Notes: generated by a model from the letters alone, not told the origin. A stretch of 60,028 nt of DNA from Chitinophaga pinensis (GCA_945865315.1 CAMBDK010000004.1:1-60028); one strand, 5' to 3'; positions 13,408 to 24,725 are shown, counted from the stretch's first letter. Translations and numbers: made by a program.

Positions 13408-14766
13408 ATGATTTATAAAAAAATATCACGCCTGACAGAGCATGTGCATATTGCTCCCTTGTCCTTATTCCGAATACTTTTTGGTGGTATGATGTTCGCT
13501 TCCATCCTTCGATTTTCCTTAAAAGGATGGATCAATGAACTTTATGTAAAACCGATTTTTTTTTTCAAGTATTATGGTTTTGAATGGGTGAAGGTGCCAA
13601 ACGAAACAGGACTTTATATTCTTTTTGCTTTAGTTGCTATTTCTGCCCTATTTATTATGTTTGGGCTTTTCTACCGTTTTTCTGCGCTTGTATTTTTTTT
13701 AACCTTTACATATGCTGAACTATTAGATAAAACAAATTACCTCAATCATTATTATTTTGTTAGTATCATTGCTTTTTTAATGCTATTTCTTCCAGCAGGA
13801 AAATATTTTTCATTGGATGTTTATTTTCGCCCATCAAAAAAGCTCACGCACATTCCAAGGTGGTTCATTGGCGTTATCCAACTTCAATTAGCACTCGTTT
13901 ATTTTTTTTCCGGATTAGCTAAACTTAATGCTGATTGGCTTTTGGGTGCCCAGCCATTGCAAATATGGTTGCAAGCTCATTCCGATATGCCTATAATTGG
14001 TTTTCTGATGGATAAAGTATGGATTGCTTATTTATTTAGTTGGTTCGGCGCTTTTTATGATCTTACCATCGTATTTTTTCTGCTAAATCAAAGAACTAGA
14101 TTAATAGCATATTTCTTTGTAATTGTGTTTCATGTATTAACAGCAATATTGTTCCCCATAGGGATGTTCCCATACATAATGATCATATGCACCCTTATTT
14201 TTTTCTCTGCATCTTTTCACTTAGGAGTAATTGAGAAAATTAAAAAGTTTTTTAGCTTCCTTCAATCTGGAAATGAGGAACAAGTAAAGCACTATGTTTA
14301 TAAGCCTTTCGTAAAGAAATTTATTTTGGTATTTATGGTGTTTCATTTTACTTTTCAGTTAGTGTTGCCTTTTAGATATTTATTGTATCAGGGGAAATTA
14401 TTTTGGACGGAACAAGGTTATAGGTTCTCTTGGAGGGTGATGTTAATGGAAAAGAATGCCATAGCATATTTTTATGTTACAGATCGCGATACAGGAGGCT
14501 CTGGGGAAGTGATGATGAATAATTATTTGAGCCCTAACCAAGAAAAAATGATGGCTTCGCAACCCGATATGATATTACAGTACGCTCATTTTCTGAAACA
14601 AAAGTATCAGGCATTAGGGATGAAAAACCCTAAAATAACTGTTGAAAGCTACGTAACATTAAATGGTAAAGGAAGTCGCTTGTTCATTAATAAAAATGTT
14701 GACCTTACATTGCTGAGCGATAGTTTTGAAAATAAATGGTGGATTTTATCACCTGATGAAAAATAA
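13408..14766 (+). CDS. HTTM domain / vitamin K-dependent gamma-carboxylase-like membrane protein
   Basis: APLSLFRILFG, YLNHYYF, YFFSGLAKLNADW, RFSWRVMLMEK and QPDMILQYAH motifs. Confidence 0.9.
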   Translation: MIYKKISRLTEHVHIAPLSLFRILFGGMMFASILRFSLKGWINELYVKPIFFFKYYGFEWVKVPNETGLYILFALVAISALFIMFGLFYRFSALVFFLTFTYAELLDKTNYLNHYYFVSIIAFLMLFLPAGKYFSLDVYFRPSKKLTHIPRWFIGVIQLQLALVYFFSGLAKLNADWLLGAQPLQIWLQAHSDMPIIGFLMDKVWIAYLFSWFGAFYDLTIVFFLLNQRTRLIAYFFVIVFHVLTAILFPIGMFPYIMIICTLIFFSASFHLGVIEKIKKFFSFLQSGNEEQVKHYVYKPFVKKFILVFMVFHFTFQLVLPFRYLLYQGKLFWTEQGYRFSWRVMLMEKNAIAYFYVTDRDTGGSGEVMMNNYLSPNQEKMMASQPDMILQYAHFLKQKYQALGMKNPKITVESYVTLNGKGSRLFINKNVDLTLLSDSFENKWWILSPDEK

Positions 14767-14767
14767 C

Positions 14768-16975
14768 ATGAGGAAGTTTAATTATTTATTATTGATCATT
14801 TTAATACCTGTTTTTATAAAAGCTCAGGATACTTCTTTTGTAAAGAAGGATTCTATAAAACATTTGCATGAAGTAATTATTGAAGCCGAAAAAGACAATG
14901 ATTTTGGTATTACAAGATTAAAACAGATAGAAGGAACAGCTATTTACGCAGGAAAAAAAACGGAAGTGATTTTACTTAATGATGTGAATGGTAATATAGC
15001 AACAAATAATTCACGTCAGATATTTGCAAAAGTAGCAGGATTAAATATTTGGGAAAGTGATGGTGCCGGAATTCAACTTGGCATAGGAGGAAGAGGCTTA
15101 AGTCCCAATCGAGTATCTAACTTTAACACGCGGCAGAATGGTTATGATATGAGTGCTGACGCATTGGGTTATCCTGAAAGTTATTATACCCCCCCAATGG
15201 AAGCTTTAGAGCGTATTGAAGTAGTTCGGGGTGCCGCTTCTTTACAATATGGTACCCAATTTGGTGGATTTATTAATTTTAAACTCAGACAAGCACCCGA
15301 AAAAAAGGCAATTGAAGTACGGGCTAAACAAACTGCTGCATCCTTTGGTTTTTATAATGCTTTCACTTCAGTTGCCGGAACAATTAAGAAGGTCAGTTAC
15401 AGCACGTTTTATCAGTATAAGGTTGGAAACGGCTGGCGTACGAATTCAAAATTTGATGTTCATACAGCTTTTGCTGGATTGGCATATCAGCTTAATTCTA
15501 AACTTAAAATAAGTGGAGAATATACGTTTATGAATTATCTGGCTCATCAACCAGGAGGGCTTACGGATAAACAATTTGCTAAAGATCCGAAACAGTCTAA
15601 CAGGGAAAGAAACTGGTTTGGAGTAAATTGGAACCTTGCAGCCGTTAATCTGGATTACGTGATTAACGAAACCTCAAGAATAAATTGGAGAACTTTTGGT
15701 CTTTATGCACAAAGGGATGCTTTAGGAAACTTGGGAAGGATTGACAGAACCGATGCAGGAGCAGAAAGAGATTATTTGCAAGATAAATTTAGGAACTACG
15801 GTAGCGAATTCCGTTATTTAAAAAGTTATAATCTTTTTAAAAAGATTTCTACTTTTCTGATAGGTGCTCGGTATTATAAAGGAATTACTTTTCGTAAACA
15901 AGGATTGGGAAATAAGGAAAAGACTCCTGATTTTTATTATATCAATCCTGATAATGTTGAGCATTCCAATTATACTTTTCCAAGTGAGAATGTCGCCTTC
16001 TTTTCTGAAAATATTTTTAGAATTACGCCCAAGCTAAATGTTACACCCGGCATCCGATTGGAATATATAAATACAAATTCAAAAGGTTATTACCATGAAG
16101 AGTCAAGTGATCTGGCGGGAAATATTCTCTATGAACGCAATGTGCAGGACAATCGCAGCAGTTACAGGAGTTTTATTTTAGCCGGACTTGGCTTAGGTTA
16201 TAAACTGAATAAATGTATTGAAACATACACCAATTTTTCACAGAATTACCGATCAATTAATTTTAATGATATGCGTATTGTGAATCCCAATTCCATGGTA
16301 GATAATAATTTGAAAGATGAGAGCGGTTATTCTTCTGATATAGGTATTCGTGGGAATATTAAGAGCTTAGTAAATTTTGATATGAGCTTCTTTTTTCTAA
16401 AATATAATAACCGCATAGGTTCTATTCAGAAGGTAGATAGCACAACCTATCAGGTTTACAGATACAGAACAAATGTTTCAGATTCCCGCAATTATGGTCT
16501 CGAGAGTTTTGTTGAGGCAGATATATTCAAATTAATAGCAGGAAAAAATAGAAAATTAGGAATTTCTATTTTCACCAATTTTTCATTCATTACGGCAGAA
16601 TATATCAATAGCAAAGAGCCATCTGTAAAAAATGGAAACAGCGTGGAGTTAGTGCCTGAAAAAATAAATAGAGCAGGAATAACTATTTCCTATAAAGATC
16701 TTAAAATAACCTATCAGCATGCTTATACTTCTGAACAATATACCGAAGCTACAAATGCAAAATCGACAAGCGCTGCTGTTGACGGTTTGATTCCTGCCTA
16801 TTCTGTAATGGATTTTTCTTTGAGCTATATTTACAAAAGGTTTTCGGTGTCATCAGGTATTAATAATTTATTGAATACTTATTACTTTACAAGACGTGCA
16901 GATGCTTATCCGGGACCTGGCATCATTCCATCTGACGGACGAAGTGTTTATTTTACCTTAGGAATAAAATTATAA
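14768..16975 (+). CDS. TonB-dependent receptor (FecA-like)
   Basis: Plug motifs IGGRGLSPNR and ERIEVVRGAASLQYG; barrel ending GINNLLN.YYFTRRA...YFTLGIKL. The start may be 14756 or 14768. Confidence 0.92.
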   Translation: MRKFNYLLLIILIPVFIKAQDTSFVKKDSIKHLHEVIIEAEKDNDFGITRLKQIEGTAIYAGKKTEVILLNDVNGNIATNNSRQIFAKVAGLNIWESDGAGIQLGIGGRGLSPNRVSNFNTRQNGYDMSADALGYPESYYTPPMEALERIEVVRGAASLQYGTQFGGFINFKLRQAPEKKAIEVRAKQTAASFGFYNAFTSVAGTIKKVSYSTFYQYKVGNGWRTNSKFDVHTAFAGLAYQLNSKLKISGEYTFMNYLAHQPGGLTDKQFAKDPKQSNRERNWFGVNWNLAAVNLDYVINETSRINWRTFGLYAQRDALGNLGRIDRTDAGAERDYLQDKFRNYGSEFRYLKSYNLFKKISTFLIGARYYKGITFRKQGLGNKEKTPDFYYINPDNVEHSNYTFPSENVAFFSENIFRITPKLNVTPGIRLEYINTNSKGYYHEESSDLAGNILYERNVQDNRSSYRSFILAGLGLGYKLNKCIETYTNFSQNYRSINFNDMRIVNPNSMVDNNLKDESGYSSDIGIRGNIKSLVNFDMSFFFLKYNNRIGSIQKVDSTTYQVYRYRTNVSDSRNYGLESFVEADIFKLIAGKNRKLGISIFTNFSFITAEYINSKEPSVKNGNSVELVPEKINRAGITISYKDLKITYQHAYTSEQYTEATNAKSTSAAVDGLIPAYSVMDFSLSYIYKRFSVSSGINNLLNTYYFTRRADAYPGPGIIPSDGRSVYFTLGIKL

Positions 16976-17079
16976 ATACCCCCTTTTTTCTACCGAACCA
17001 GTTGTTTGAAACTTCTTTCCTCAGGTAATCTGGTTGTAAAAAACTGGGTAAGAGCTTAACTTTTATAGAAGATTCATTA

Positions 17080-17316
17080 TTAAAGTTTTCGAAATAAATA
17101 CGCAAATTAAATGGTTCAAAAACTGTGTGTTTTTCTTTTGTCTTGATACAAAAGAAACAAAAAATCAAGAACAAACGATTCCTCCACACCTGCAACCCTG
17201 CATCGCGTTTGTTCATTCCTCACGCGCGTTTTCATAAGGATATTTTTTGCAAAACAATGAAACCATCTGTTTTTATTAATATATCTGTTTTGTCGAAATT
17301 ATTTTGAAAGCTTTAC
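17080..17316 (+). mobile_element. 237-bp MITE-like dispersed repeat, copy 1
   Basis: Imperfect TIRs (family consensus GTGAAGTTTTCGAAATAA / TTATTTTGAAAGCTTTAC), TA flanks, and internal hairpin TTTCTTTTGT-CTTGAT-ACAAAAGAAA. Confidence 0.85.
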
Positions 17317-17353
17317 TAACAGAAGAGCTGCGGTTTAAAGAATTAAATTTAGT

Positions 17354-19081
17354 TTATCTCAGGAAGGAGCAATTCCAGGATGTAGCATTATTTTTATCAT
17401 CCATTACTTCAATTGAAAAAGTGTGCTTTCCTTCGGGAATGGTGTTTTCAAAAGTGTAAAACAAAAAATTATTTTTCGCATCATATTCACATAATACCCA
17501 TTTACCATCAATGGTAGCAGTATATTTTTTTATTCCAGAAAGATTATCTTTTGCTTTTATACCAATTGTTTTGGCTTTTTTAAAATCTACATTATTTTTA
17601 TCGTAAACTTTGAAAACAGGCTTTAGTTGAGGAGCAATAGTATCTATGCTTATTGCAAAATTGCCGAAATGCTTTATTGGAGAGCTAATCCAGCCTTCGT
17701 GATAAATACCTCCTTCATAACTTTTATTCCCTTTATCATTAATCGAAATAATTACAACTTTCTGATGAAGAGAAACAGGTATGTTGTCGGCTTTAATACT
17801 TAATGTAAATGCTTTTTGCAAGGCTGTTTGACCGTTATGGATATGATGCAAGGGGGAGTAGTTTCCTTTTAATTTAGGCGTACTGAAATAAATAAAGTCT
17901 AAATCGTCGTATAATGAAAAGGCCGGTATTGTAATTTTAATGTTATCATTATTAAACTCATTTTCTTTAAAACAATCAAAGCTAATGCTTTTGTTGATAA
18001 AGACAGTAGGGTTTTCTTTAGCTTTACTTGCGCTTCGCACCTTCAACATTATTTCACTGGTATTGCCTGCAAAATCCTTTATAATATACCTTATCCAATG
18101 AATAGCATCATCATTAAAGTTAATTATCCCATTATTTAATACATCCTTATAAATTCCTAATTGATTATTTTTAGAAATAAAACATTTTTGAATTTTATTA
18201 TTGTGTTTTTGTTTTTCAGAAAAATCAATGAGCGTATTTACAAAACGAGCATTTTCGAATGTGAATTTTTCTAATTCATGATAATAAATTCGTTTTCCAC
18301 CCGATTGTAATTCAATAGAAAATACAGCGTTTTGGTTGGAAGAACCGTTTTCTGTATCATAACATTCTATTCCAAAACCAATTGTTCCATTTACTGAAAT
18401 TGTATCCGTCGCCTTAAAAGTATAAGCCCCTTTGTTAAATTTAGGTATTATTTTTTTCGTGATAAATTTACCATTAACAGAGGACGCTGTACCAACAGGG
18501 TAAATTGCTATTGCTGTAATAACTGGTTTAACGTTATCCTTCACCATAAATCCGAAAAAATATGGATTTATAGGAGTCTCCGTTTTTGTTTCGCGTATTT
18601 CAAAATGAAGGTGCGGCCCTTCAGAACCACCTGTATTGCCTGACAGAGCTACTAAATCACCTTTTTTAACAAGTATGACATTATCAGAAAGAAGAGAATC
18701 TATCTCAAATGCTTCTTTATTATATTGCATATTTTTTGCAAATAAACCTATGGCAGCATTAAAACTTTGTAAATGAGCATAAACAGAGGTATATCCATTG
18801 TAATGGTTGATGTATAAAGCTTTCCCATAGCCAAATGGACTAATTTTAACGCGTGAAACATAACCATCGGCAATAGCATAAATGGGCATTCCTTCCCTGT
18901 TATTTGTTTTTATATCAAAACCAGCATGTAAATGATTTGGTCTTATTTCGCCAAAATTACCAGCAAGGTTTAAAGTGGTATCAACAGGACTTCTAAAAAA
19001 ATTAGAGGGATATAAATTTTGGGCAAAAAAATAATTATCTAAAAGAAGAAAAATAATAATAAATAGAATCTGTTTTGACAT
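17354..19081 (-). CDS. M23 family metallopeptidase
   Basis: HLHAGFDIKT, YAHL and GNTGGSEGPHLHFEIR motifs; signal peptide from ATG 19081. Confidence 0.9.
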   Translation of the reverse strand: MSKQILFIIIFLLLDNYFFAQNLYPSNFFRSPVDTTLNLAGNFGEIRPNHLHAGFDIKTNNREGMPIYAIADGYVSRVKISPFGYGKALYINHYNGYTSVYAHLQSFNAAIGLFAKNMQYNKEAFEIDSLLSDNVILVKKGDLVALSGNTGGSEGPHLHFEIRETKTETPINPYFFGFMVKDNVKPVITAIAIYPVGTASSVNGKFITKKIIPKFNKGAYTFKATDTISVNGTIGFGIECYDTENGSSNQNAVFSIELQSGGKRIYYHELEKFTFENARFVNTLIDFSEKQKHNNKIQKCFISKNNQLGIYKDVLNNGIINFNDDAIHWIRYIIKDFAGNTSEIMLKVRSASKAKENPTVFINKSISFDCFKENEFNNDNIKITIPAFSLYDDLDFIYFSTPKLKGNYSPLHHIHNGQTALQKAFTLSIKADNIPVSLHQKVVIISINDKGNKSYEGGIYHEGWISSPIKHFGNFAISIDTIAPQLKPVFKVYDKNNVDFKKAKTIGIKAKDNLSGIKKYTATIDGKWVLCEYDAKNNFLFYTFENTIPEGKHTFSIEVMDDKNNATSWNCSFLR

Positions 19082-19137
19082 TGGGTAAAGATAATAAAAC
19101 ATTTCAAAAAAAATTTTGATATTCAACATTTCGTAGT

Positions 19138-19145
19138 TACATTTG
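19138..19145 (+). promoter_or_regulatory. -7 promoter box for the zapB-like/zapA/rny operon
   Basis: TACATTTG. Confidence 0.4.
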
Positions 19146-19298
19146 CAAAAATGTTAAATTTGGAAATCTGTTGAAGAACGATTTGAAAAACAGCGTTTTA
19201 AAATTAAATTTTTGAGGTATAATTTTAATTTTTGATTGATAGTCTTTAAATTAAATTGTAATTGCTTAAGTATCATTTGCGAATTTTAATAATTGATT

Positions 19299-19616
19299 AT
19301 GAACGAGTTAGTTTTTCCAATAAACGATCTAAGAGCCAAAATTGAAAAATTAGTAGCATTACACCAGCAGCTAAAAAAGGATAATGAACAACTGTATGTA
19401 GATAATGAAAGTTTACAAAAAATAATTAATGAACAAAAAGTTACGATAGAATCCTTATTAAATGAACAAAAATTTACCATTGAAACCATAGAAAAACACA
19501 ATAAAGAATTAATACAAAATCAGTCAGAAGAGCAAACAAAAATAGTTTCGGATACAAAACAAAGAATTAATGAATTAGTTCAGGAAATTGACAATTGCAT
19601 TACCCTATTGAAGTAA
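19299..19616 (+). CDS. ZapB-like coiled-coil protein
   Basis: Coiled coil ending INELVQEIDNCITLLK, directly upstream of zapA as usual in Bacteroidota. Confidence 0.7.
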   Translation: MNELVFPINDLRAKIEKLVALHQQLKKDNEQLYVDNESLQKIINEQKVTIESLLNEQKFTIETIEKHNKELIQNQSEEQTKIVSDTKQRINELVQEIDNCITLLK

Positions 19617-19700
19617 ATACAGTTAAAGGTTATAAAAACAGATAGTTTTAAAATTCAATTAAAACGTCCTGTTTTTATACTTTCAAACTAAATAAATAAA

Positions 19701-19997
19701 ATGGCAGAAGTTTCATTAAAAGTTTTAATTGCAGGCCGTGTATATCCTTTAACAATAAAGGAAGAGGAGGAGAGTAAGGTTTTACTTGTTGCAAAACTAA
19801 TAAATGAAAAATTAAAGGAATTTGAACAAAATTATTCGGTACGTGACAAGCAAGATTTATTAGCGATGTGTGCCCTTAATTTATTAACTTCCCAACACAA
19901 TAATCCTGAAAAAGCCCCTGAGCTGGAAAATGAACTTATTAGCCAGCTTGATTTATTTGTTTCAAATTATCTTCAAAAAGAAAGTAATGCAATTTAG
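19701..19997 (+). CDS. zapA: Cell division protein ZapA
   Basis: IAGRVYPLTI...YSVRDKQDLLAMCAL. Confidence 0.9.
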   Translation: MAEVSLKVLIAGRVYPLTIKEEEESKVLLVAKLINEKLKEFEQNYSVRDKQDLLAMCALNLLTSQHNNPEKAPELENELISQLDLFVSNYLQKESNAI

Positions 19998-20228
19998 TAA
20001 ATTGGTGTTTTTTAGATGAATTTTTTTAAATAAAAGTGCATAATTATATTTTCAGCTTTTATTATATCTATCTATATACAATTTGTTTTTTTGTTTACAG
20101 AATAATATATATTTTCTGTAATCAAAAAAATCCCTGTCCCCCTGCTAAACGCAATTTAATTCTACTTTCGACTTCCGAAAAAAGCATAAGAAGCATTTTT
20201 TTAGTATCTACATTTAATTTAAAAAAAC

Positions 20229-21767
20229 ATGGAACCAATTAGCATTATAGTGGCCTTGATAGGATTGTTTTTAGGAGCAATTATTACGTTTGTATTCATA
20301 AAAAAAACGAACGAAGGTAAGGCAGCAAGCATAATAAAAGATGCAGAAGCGAAAGCAGAAGTTGTTAAAACAGACAAAATCTTACAAGCCAAAGAGAAAT
20401 TTTTTCAGCTCAAGGGGGAGCATGAAAAATTAATTAACGAAAAAAATCAAAATATTCAACAAGCAGAAATTAGAATAAAACAAAAGGAGCAATCGCTTTC
20501 ACAAAAGCAAGAGCAAGTGCAAAGGAAAGATTCTGAATTAGACACTATTAGAAAAAATCTTACGCATCAATTAGAATTAATAAATTTAAAACAAATTGAG
20601 GTAGATAAATTTCATCGCCGGCAAGTAGAGCAACTGGAAACGCTAAGCGGCATGAAAGCTGAAGAGGCGAAGACTCAGTTGGTAGAATCATTAAAAGCGG
20701 AAGCTAAAACTGCTGCTATGTCGCATATAAAAGATATTGTGGAAGAGGCGAAAATTTCTGCTAATCAAGAAGCAAAAAAAATAGTTATTCAAACGATTCA
20801 AAGAGTAGCTACAGAGCATGCTATTGATAATTCAGTTTCTGTATTTAACATAGAAAGTGATGAAATAAAGGGTCGTATTATTGGACGCGAGGGAAGAAAT
20901 ATACGTGCTCTTGAAGCAGCAACAGGCATTGAAATAATTGTAGATGACACGCCTGGTGCAGTTATATTGTCGGGATTTGACCCTATACGCAGAGAAATTG
21001 CTCGTTTAGCATTACATCAATTAGTTACAGACGGTAGGATCCATCCTGCCCGCATTGAAGAAATAGTTGAAAAAGTAAAAAAACAAATTGAAGAAGAAAT
21101 TATTGAAACAGGAAAACGAACTACCATTGACTTAGGAATACATGGCCTGCATCCTGAATTAATAAGAATGGTTGGTAGAATGAAATATCGTTCCTCCTAT
21201 GGTCAGAATTTATTGCAACATTCAAGAGAAGTTGCAAACCTGTGTGCTATAATGGCTGCTGAATTAGGCTTGAATGTTAAATTAGCCAAACGTGCCGGAT
21301 TGTTGCACGATATAGGAAAAGTACCTGATGATTCACCTGAAATTCCTCATGCTATACTAGGGATGCAGTTGGCTGAAAAATACAAGGAGAAACCAGAAGT
21401 TTGCAACGCTATAGGTGCTCACCACGATGAAATTGAAATGACCACCTTGATTTCTCCAATCGTTCAGGTTTGTGATGCCATCTCCGGTGCTCGCCCTGGT
21501 GCAAGACGTGAAGTGGTGGAGCAGTACATTAAACGATTAAAAGATTTAGAAGCCTTAGCACTATCTTATCCTGGTGTTGAAAAAACATATGCCATTCAAG
21601 CGGGAAGGGAATTACGTGTATTGGTATCCTGCGATAAAGTAACGGATAAAGAAGCGGAAATACTTTCATTCGATATTTCGCAGCGCATTCAAACTGAAAT
21701 GACATATCCAGGACAAGTGAAAATAACTGTTATACGCGAAACAAGAGCTGTGAGCATTGCGAAGTAA
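20229..21767 (+). CDS. rny: Ribonuclease Y
   Basis: N-terminal TM, coiled coil, KH ([13 protein letters not shown]) and HD (LLHDIGK) domains. Confidence 0.97.
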   Translation: MEPISIIVALIGLFLGAIITFVFIKKTNEGKAASIIKDAEAKAEVVKTDKILQAKEKFFQLKGEHEKLINEKNQNIQQAEIRIKQKEQSLSQKQEQVQRKDSELDTIRKNLTHQLELINLKQIEVDKFHRRQVEQLETLSGMKAEEAKTQLVESLKAEAKTAAMSHIKDIVEEAKISANQEAKKIVIQTIQRVATEHAIDNSVSVFNIESDEIKGRIIGREGRNIRALEAATGIEIIVDDTPGAVILSGFDPIRREIARLALHQLVTDGRIHPARIEEIVEKVKKQIEEEIIETGKRTTIDLGIHGLHPELIRMVGRMKYRSSYGQNLLQHSREVANLCAIMAAELGLNVKLAKRAGLLHDIGKVPDDSPEIPHAILGMQLAEKYKEKPEVCNAIGAHHDEIEMTTLISPIVQVCDAISGARPGARREVVEQYIKRLKDLEALALSYPGVEKTYAIQAGRELRVLVSCDKVTDKEAEILSFDISQRIQTEMTYPGQVKITVIRETRAVSIAK

Positions 21768-21824
21768 TTAATAACAGGGATTAGCACCCATTGCTCTTAT
21801 TAATTTTGATATTAGTTATTTTTA

Positions 21825-23099
21825 ATGGAAATTAAAAACTTTAGAGAATTTTTTAAAAGCAAAACCATTTTAAGTTATGTCCTTACCTTTGGTGTTGAAT
21901 TTGTAATAATGCTTATTACCATAGTATTATTTAAATTTGTAGCAGTAAAATTTTTAGATACAGGATTTGCAGAGTTTTCTATTAACAAAAGACTCGTTGG
22001 TTTTTTAATGCCTCTTATGATGTTAGGATTAGGTGTTTCCCTACCTAAATTTCTTCCCCTCGAAAATGAAAAAAAACAATTGGAAATCCATTATTCTGCA
22101 TTAATTATTGTTTCCTCCTTATTTTTATTTTCGCTTATTATATTTCTTTTCAATAGCGCATACCTATCCCATTTGGCCTTTGGAGATTTCAACCATGAGA
22201 AAATGTTTGCAGCCTCCTTGCTATACGTATATAGCTTGATGCTACATGCCTGTATTTATAATTATTTTAGAGGTAAATTCGATTTTGTTATTTCTAGCTT
22301 ATTGCAGCTTGTAAATTTGGGAGTACTTCCTTTTATTTTCTTTTTTTTAGTTAATGATGTATATCATTTATTTTTAATTTTAAGTATAGGAACAATAGGG
22401 CTTTTATTACTAATTAATTCAATATATATTCCACTTATCAAGCTTAAAAGTTTTGATTGTTTTCAGAATATTAAGTTGCTTGTAAAATATGGCATTCGAA
22501 GAGCACCAGGTGATGTTATACTAGGCCTTTTTTTATTTATACCAACTTATTTAGCATCAAATTATTTTTCATTAACAATTGCAGGAAACGTTGCTTTTTG
22601 TCTTAGCTTATTTAATATCGTTATTGCAATTATGTCGCCAATCAATATTATTTTATTACCTAAAGCTTCAAAAATTGTTTTTGAGAAGGACTTTTCACTT
22701 TTACGAATTATAAGTTCTAAATTATTAATAGTTTCAATTGGTGTTGGTATTATTTCACTTGCTGTTGTTTATATTTTTGGTGAAAATATTTTAATAATGT
22801 TTAATGTTAAAGATTATTTAGAAGTAGCAGGCTATCTTAACATAATATTTTTTGGTGTAATAGGATTTAGTTTGTTTAGTGTTATCCGCAGTATTATTGA
22901 TGCTTATTACGAAAAAGCTAGAGTAGCTTCAATAATAATAATTTCATTTTTATTTTTTATTTTTTGCATTCTAATAATTAAATATTTTGATTTGTTTTCG
23001 ATAAAAAATATTTTAATTGCTTTTACTTTTAGTATTAATTTTTTAGGTTTATTAACTTACTTTATTTTAACTCGGATAAATAAAAGAATTCAACAATGA
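21825..23099 (+). CDS. wzx: Wzx-like oligosaccharide flippase
   Basis: About 12 hydrophobic segments; first gene of a glycan cluster. Confidence 0.65.
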   Translation: MEIKNFREFFKSKTILSYVLTFGVEFVIMLITIVLFKFVAVKFLDTGFAEFSINKRLVGFLMPLMMLGLGVSLPKFLPLENEKKQLEIHYSALIIVSSLFLFSLIIFLFNSAYLSHLAFGDFNHEKMFAASLLYVYSLMLHACIYNYFRGKFDFVISSLLQLVNLGVLPFIFFFLVNDVYHLFLILSIGTIGLLLLINSIYIPLIKLKSFDCFQNIKLLVKYGIRRAPGDVILGLFLFIPTYLASNYFSLTIAGNVAFCLSLFNIVIAIMSPINIILLPKASKIVFEKDFSLLRIISSKLLIVSIGVGIISLAVVYIFGENILIMFNVKDYLEVAGYLNIIFFGVIGFSLFSVIRSIIDAYYEKARVASIIIISFLFFIFCILIIKYFDLFSIKNILIAFTFSINFLGLLTYFILTRINKRIQQ

Positions 23100-24529
23100 T
23101 TTCAATACTAATATTTTACTTTTTATTGTTATGTTTTTCTGTTCTGATTTTTAGAAATGCTTATAAAATATATAAACAAAATAATGATTATACATTACTA
23201 ATAAGTACATTAATTATCTATTACTTTACACTTTGTGGCGCATGGATTTTTCCTATAGATTCGTTTTTTGGTTTTAGTGGAGATAAAATCGGACTGCATT
23301 ATAAACCAATATTCGAAAGGTTGTTTGCAGTTAATTTTGATACAGACTATTATTTAGCGTGTTCCTATTACTGTTTGTTTATTTTAATATTTCAGTACTC
23401 CTATATTTTATTTATAAAACAATTTGTAAAGCCTAATAAAATCGATATTAATTTATCTTCAAAAGCCAGCCTGGAAGTTGTTATAAACCCTTATCTAATA
23501 CTGATATTTTCATTGGTTTGTGTTTTTATTAGTGCATATATAATGAAAGATGAAATTTATTATGCTATAGCACAAGAAAAATCAGTCTATTTAATTACAA
23601 GAGCAAATGCTAATCCACTGTATACTATTCATCAATTGGCGAATGAATTTAGCGTTTTGATTCCCATCATTGCATATTCATTTTCAATCTTCAAAATGGG
23701 TGAAATAAATATAAAAATAGATAACAAAAAAGGAGCCTTCCAAATATTGTTGTTTTCATTTCTATTTGCTTCCCTATATATATCGTTTTTAGGAAATCGT
23801 CGGGAAATATTATCTGGTATAGTAATTTTTAGTTTGATGAACTTAAGTCAATTGAAAAGGTTTAATTACAAAGGAGCTGCTTATATATATGTACTTGTTT
23901 TTTTATTATTTCTTGGAAATAATTTTTTTAGATCTCGAGTAATTCCTAGTAAGTTAAATGCCATATTTAAGCTAGAGACGAGTAAAGATTTTAAAGATAA
24001 TTTATATGATACAAATGGCATAGCGAGCTCTCTTTTATTTAGTAACGAATTATTTTATGCTCACTTTTCTATGTACGGTGTGCTTCATAAAGATGTTCCA
24101 TATACATATGGTTCTAGTTATAAATATTTAGCCACTTCAATTATCCCAAGGGCTTTATATCCAAATCGACCAATGGATATTTATAAATACTACGCTACTG
24201 CTGTAAATGCTACGCCTGGTCAAATTTATACCATTCATCATGCTACAGCCTGTTATTTAAATTTTGGATTGCTTGGATTAATTTTTGGGGGAATAAGTTT
24301 AGGGGCTGTTTTTATTTTTGCCTTTTATATAAATTTTTATCCGTTCAAAAAATACAATAAGTTTTTAATATTATTGAAATATTTAATCCCATTTTTAATT
24401 TCTGCACAGCTCGTAACTTTTATTACAGCCGGACCAGAGGCATACAAATCATTAATCTTAGAAGGTGTTGTATTTCCAATATTTATTCTTTGTTTATGTT
24501 CAAAAAAAAATGCAGTTGCAATAGATTGA
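23096..24529 (+). CDS. wzy: Wzy-like oligosaccharide repeat unit polymerase
   Basis: Multi-TM with LGNRRE, YTYGSSY...IIPRALYPNRP and YLNFGLLG motifs; overlaps the wzx stop. Confidence 0.7.
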   Translation: MISILIFYFLLLCFSVLIFRNAYKIYKQNNDYTLLISTLIIYYFTLCGAWIFPIDSFFGFSGDKIGLHYKPIFERLFAVNFDTDYYLACSYYCLFILIFQYSYILFIKQFVKPNKIDINLSSKASLEVVINPYLILIFSLVCVFISAYIMKDEIYYAIAQEKSVYLITRANANPLYTIHQLANEFSVLIPIIAYSFSIFKMGEINIKIDNKKGAFQILLFSFLFASLYISFLGNRREILSGIVIFSLMNLSQLKRFNYKGAAYIYVLVFLLFLGNNFFRSRVIPSKLNAIFKLETSKDFKDNLYDTNGIASSLLFSNELFYAHFSMYGVLHKDVPYTYGSSYKYLATSIIPRALYPNRPMDIYKYYATAVNATPGQIYTIHHATACYLNFGLLGLIFGGISLGAVFIFAFYINFYPFKKYNKFLILLKYLIPFLISAQLVTFITAGPEAYKSLILEGVVFPIFILCLCSKKNAVAID

Positions 24530-24725
24530 TTTTTATAAACCATGCAGCAATAAGATTAATAAAAAAAACCAGTAATTTTTATCCTTTGCATTTCTATGTT
24601 TTTCTTCTTTTATTACTCCAAATTATGTAACTTTTTTATCTAAATTTGTGATATTGCATTTGCATTATATTCTGATGGTTTAATAGATCAAAATTTTAAA
24701 ATTTATCTAACACTTTTTTATCCTA

